From: an uncultured Actinomycetota bacterium
GTDB taxonomy: Bacteria > Actinomycetota > Actinomycetes > Mycobacteriales > CAVVZQ01
Length of the DNA stretch: 64,000 nucleotides
NCBI GenBank assembly: GCA_963752715.1
Contig: CAVVZQ010000008.1
Coordinates: 49,524 to 113,523, forward strand
Direction of reading: 5' to 3'
Part shown: positions 62,860 through 64,000 of the stretch, piece by piece
How the letters are laid out: each line of letters starts with the position of its first letter
Position numbering within the stretch: the stretch's first letter is position 1
Notes under the pieces: generated by a model
Told to the model about the DNA's origin: nothing
The model's database searches: none
The model's input: only the letters and a program-made list of their open reading frames with translations
Translations under genes and position numbers: made by a program

Positions 62860-64000
62860 GAGTCCACCCCCGCCTGACGGCTCGCGCCATCCCGCGCGTC
62901 CTCGGCGGAGTGATCCGGCGTGTTGTCGCCGGCTGTCGCGGCCTCTGCGGCGGCGGCCTCGAGGCGGTCGATCGCCGTCTGCACGAGGCCGAGAACCACC
63001 AGCACGACGCCGGCGTCGAAGAGCAGCGACGAGGTCAGCGGCTCGGCCAGCAGCGGGACGCTGACCTTGACCGGTTCCAGGAAGGATCCCGCGACACCCA
63101 GCCCCACCAGCCCCGTCGTGGTGGCGATCCCGACGCCGAGGGCGAGTACGGTGGCCGAGCGGGGAAGCCGCAGATTCCAGCGGGCGAGCCGCGCGACGAC
63201 GAGTGCCAGGCCGAACGTGAGCCCTGCGATGAAGCCACCACCCGGAAGGTCATGGCCCCGCCAGAGGAGGACCGCCCCCACGACGACCAGGGCGGGGACG
63301 ATGACTGTGGCTCCGGCCGCGAGAATCTGGGCCTCGGCGGGGGAGAACCAGCGGGCCACCCGCGCGGGGATTCTGCCCAGCAGCACGGCCAAGCCCGCCG
63401 CGGCCGCGAAGAGGACGACGATCTCGCCCAGTGTGTCCAGGCCCCGGTAGTCGACCAGCACCGTGTTCACGACGTTGGCCCCGCCGGTGTCGGTCTCGGC
63501 TCGGGTCACGAGGTAGTCGCCGGCGGCAGAGCGCTCGCGTCGACCGGTGAGCAACCACGCCGCAGCACCCGCCGCCAGACCGACCGATGCCGCCATGGCG
63601 CCGGCGGCGAGTGTGGACCGTCGTGGCGACTGCGGCAGGGCGTCGGTACGTCCTCGCAGCACCGGGACGGCGACCACCACAGTGAGAATCTCGACCAGGA
63701 GCAGGGTGAGAGCGACATCCGGAGCCCCGAGCAGCAGGAGCCACACCGACAGGGCGAACCCGATGACGCCCACCAGCACGAGAGCTGTGACCGTACGGCC
63801 CACCACCGCCGCGCTTGCCACGGCGGGTAGCAGGATGGCGAGCACGACCCAGTCGGCGGAGCGCGACGTGCCCGCCAGCATCGGACCGACCGGAGCGACC
63901 ATCAGCACGCCGACCGCGACCACGACGACGACGGTGACCGCCGCCCCGATCAGGTGAGGCGGTGGCCTCGTCCCACGTGGCCGCCCCAGCGAGTGACCGA
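62856..64000 (-). CDS. mnhA: Mrp/Mnh subunit A (MnhB-domain part visible; 5' end beyond the window)
   Basis: The frame stays open to the window edge. NVVNTVLVDYRGLDTLGEIVV and GGGFIAGL are MnhB-domain motifs. Confidence 0.8.
   Translation of the reverse strand, partial: GHSLGRPRGTRPPPHLIGAAVTVVVVVAVGVLMVAPVGPMLAGTSRSADWVVLAILLPAVASAAVVGRTVTALVLVGVIGFALSVWLLLLGAPDVALTLLLVEILTVVVAVPVLRGRTDALPQSPRRSTLAAGAMAASVGLAAGAAAWLLTGRRERSAAGDYLVTRAETDTGGANVVNTVLVDYRGLDTLGEIVVLFAAAAGLAVLLGRIPARVARWFSPAEAQILAAGATVIVPALVVVGAVLLWRGHDLPGGGFIAGLTFGLALVVARLARWNLRLPRSATVLALGVGIATTTGLVGLGVAGSFLEPVKVSVPLLAEPLTSSLLFDAGVVLVVLGLVQTAIDRLEAAAAEAATAGDNTPDHSAEDARDGASRQAGVDS

Noticed and set aside
1-64000. CRISPR arrays, tRNA/rRNA genes, IS elements
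   Set aside because: All tandem repeats found have 8-12 nt units without spacers. No tRNA T-loop/acceptor-like segments or transposase-like ORFs were seen by eye. A dedicated scan (tRNAscan, Infernal, ISfinder) would be needed to be definitive.

Overview
Very high-G+C actinobacterial-type chromosomal DNA (about 70% by eye, not computed; third codon positions are almost all G/C). It holds roughly 60 protein-coding loci. I recognised no rRNA, tRNA, CRISPR array, transposase or integrase. Calls rest on the ORF track, hand translation, motif recognition and codon-position GC; no database search was possible.

Gene content, left to right:
- MscS channel (partial), acyltransferase, LemA-DUF2207 pair, PEBP.
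- Two ABC-2 efflux systems, a nucleoside deaminase, hemolysin III.
- A 1.3-kaa VWA/LPXTG surface protein with 7 Cys-pair repeats.
- Several secreted nucleases and phosphoesterases.
- P450, DUF3516 DEAD-box helicase, YciO.
- YefM/RelE toxin-antitoxin pair, alkylsulfatase.
- A cst-like rhodanese / MBL-rhodanese / TauE operon.
- A heterodimeric ABC exporter, PlsB plus a HAD-PlsC fusion, PPK2.
- Three SRPBCC paralogues, a HemW-like radical SAM protein, uridine phosphorylase.
- A complete Mrp/Mnh antiporter operon that runs off the right edge.

The dominant unusual signal is gene decay. At least 12 loci are frameshifted, truncated or split.

The clearest structural event is a UvrD-like P-loop helicase gene. 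Its N-terminal relic (27313-27760) and C-terminal relic (33565-33879) are separated by a 5.8 kb cargo block carrying the TA pair, the alkylsulfatase and a SulP relic.

Other points worth follow-up:
- A CsoR/CstR-type palindrome lies upstream of the sulfide-detox operon, with no regulator gene nearby.
- A conserved roughly 50-nt leader is shared by two SRPBCC paralogues.
- There are several perfect short tandem repeats, including a canonical G-quadruplex array.
- Two small high-GC3 ORFs stand out, one of them absent from the ORF track.

I did not find a convincing new multi-gene system. The candidates below are flagged with explicit tests.
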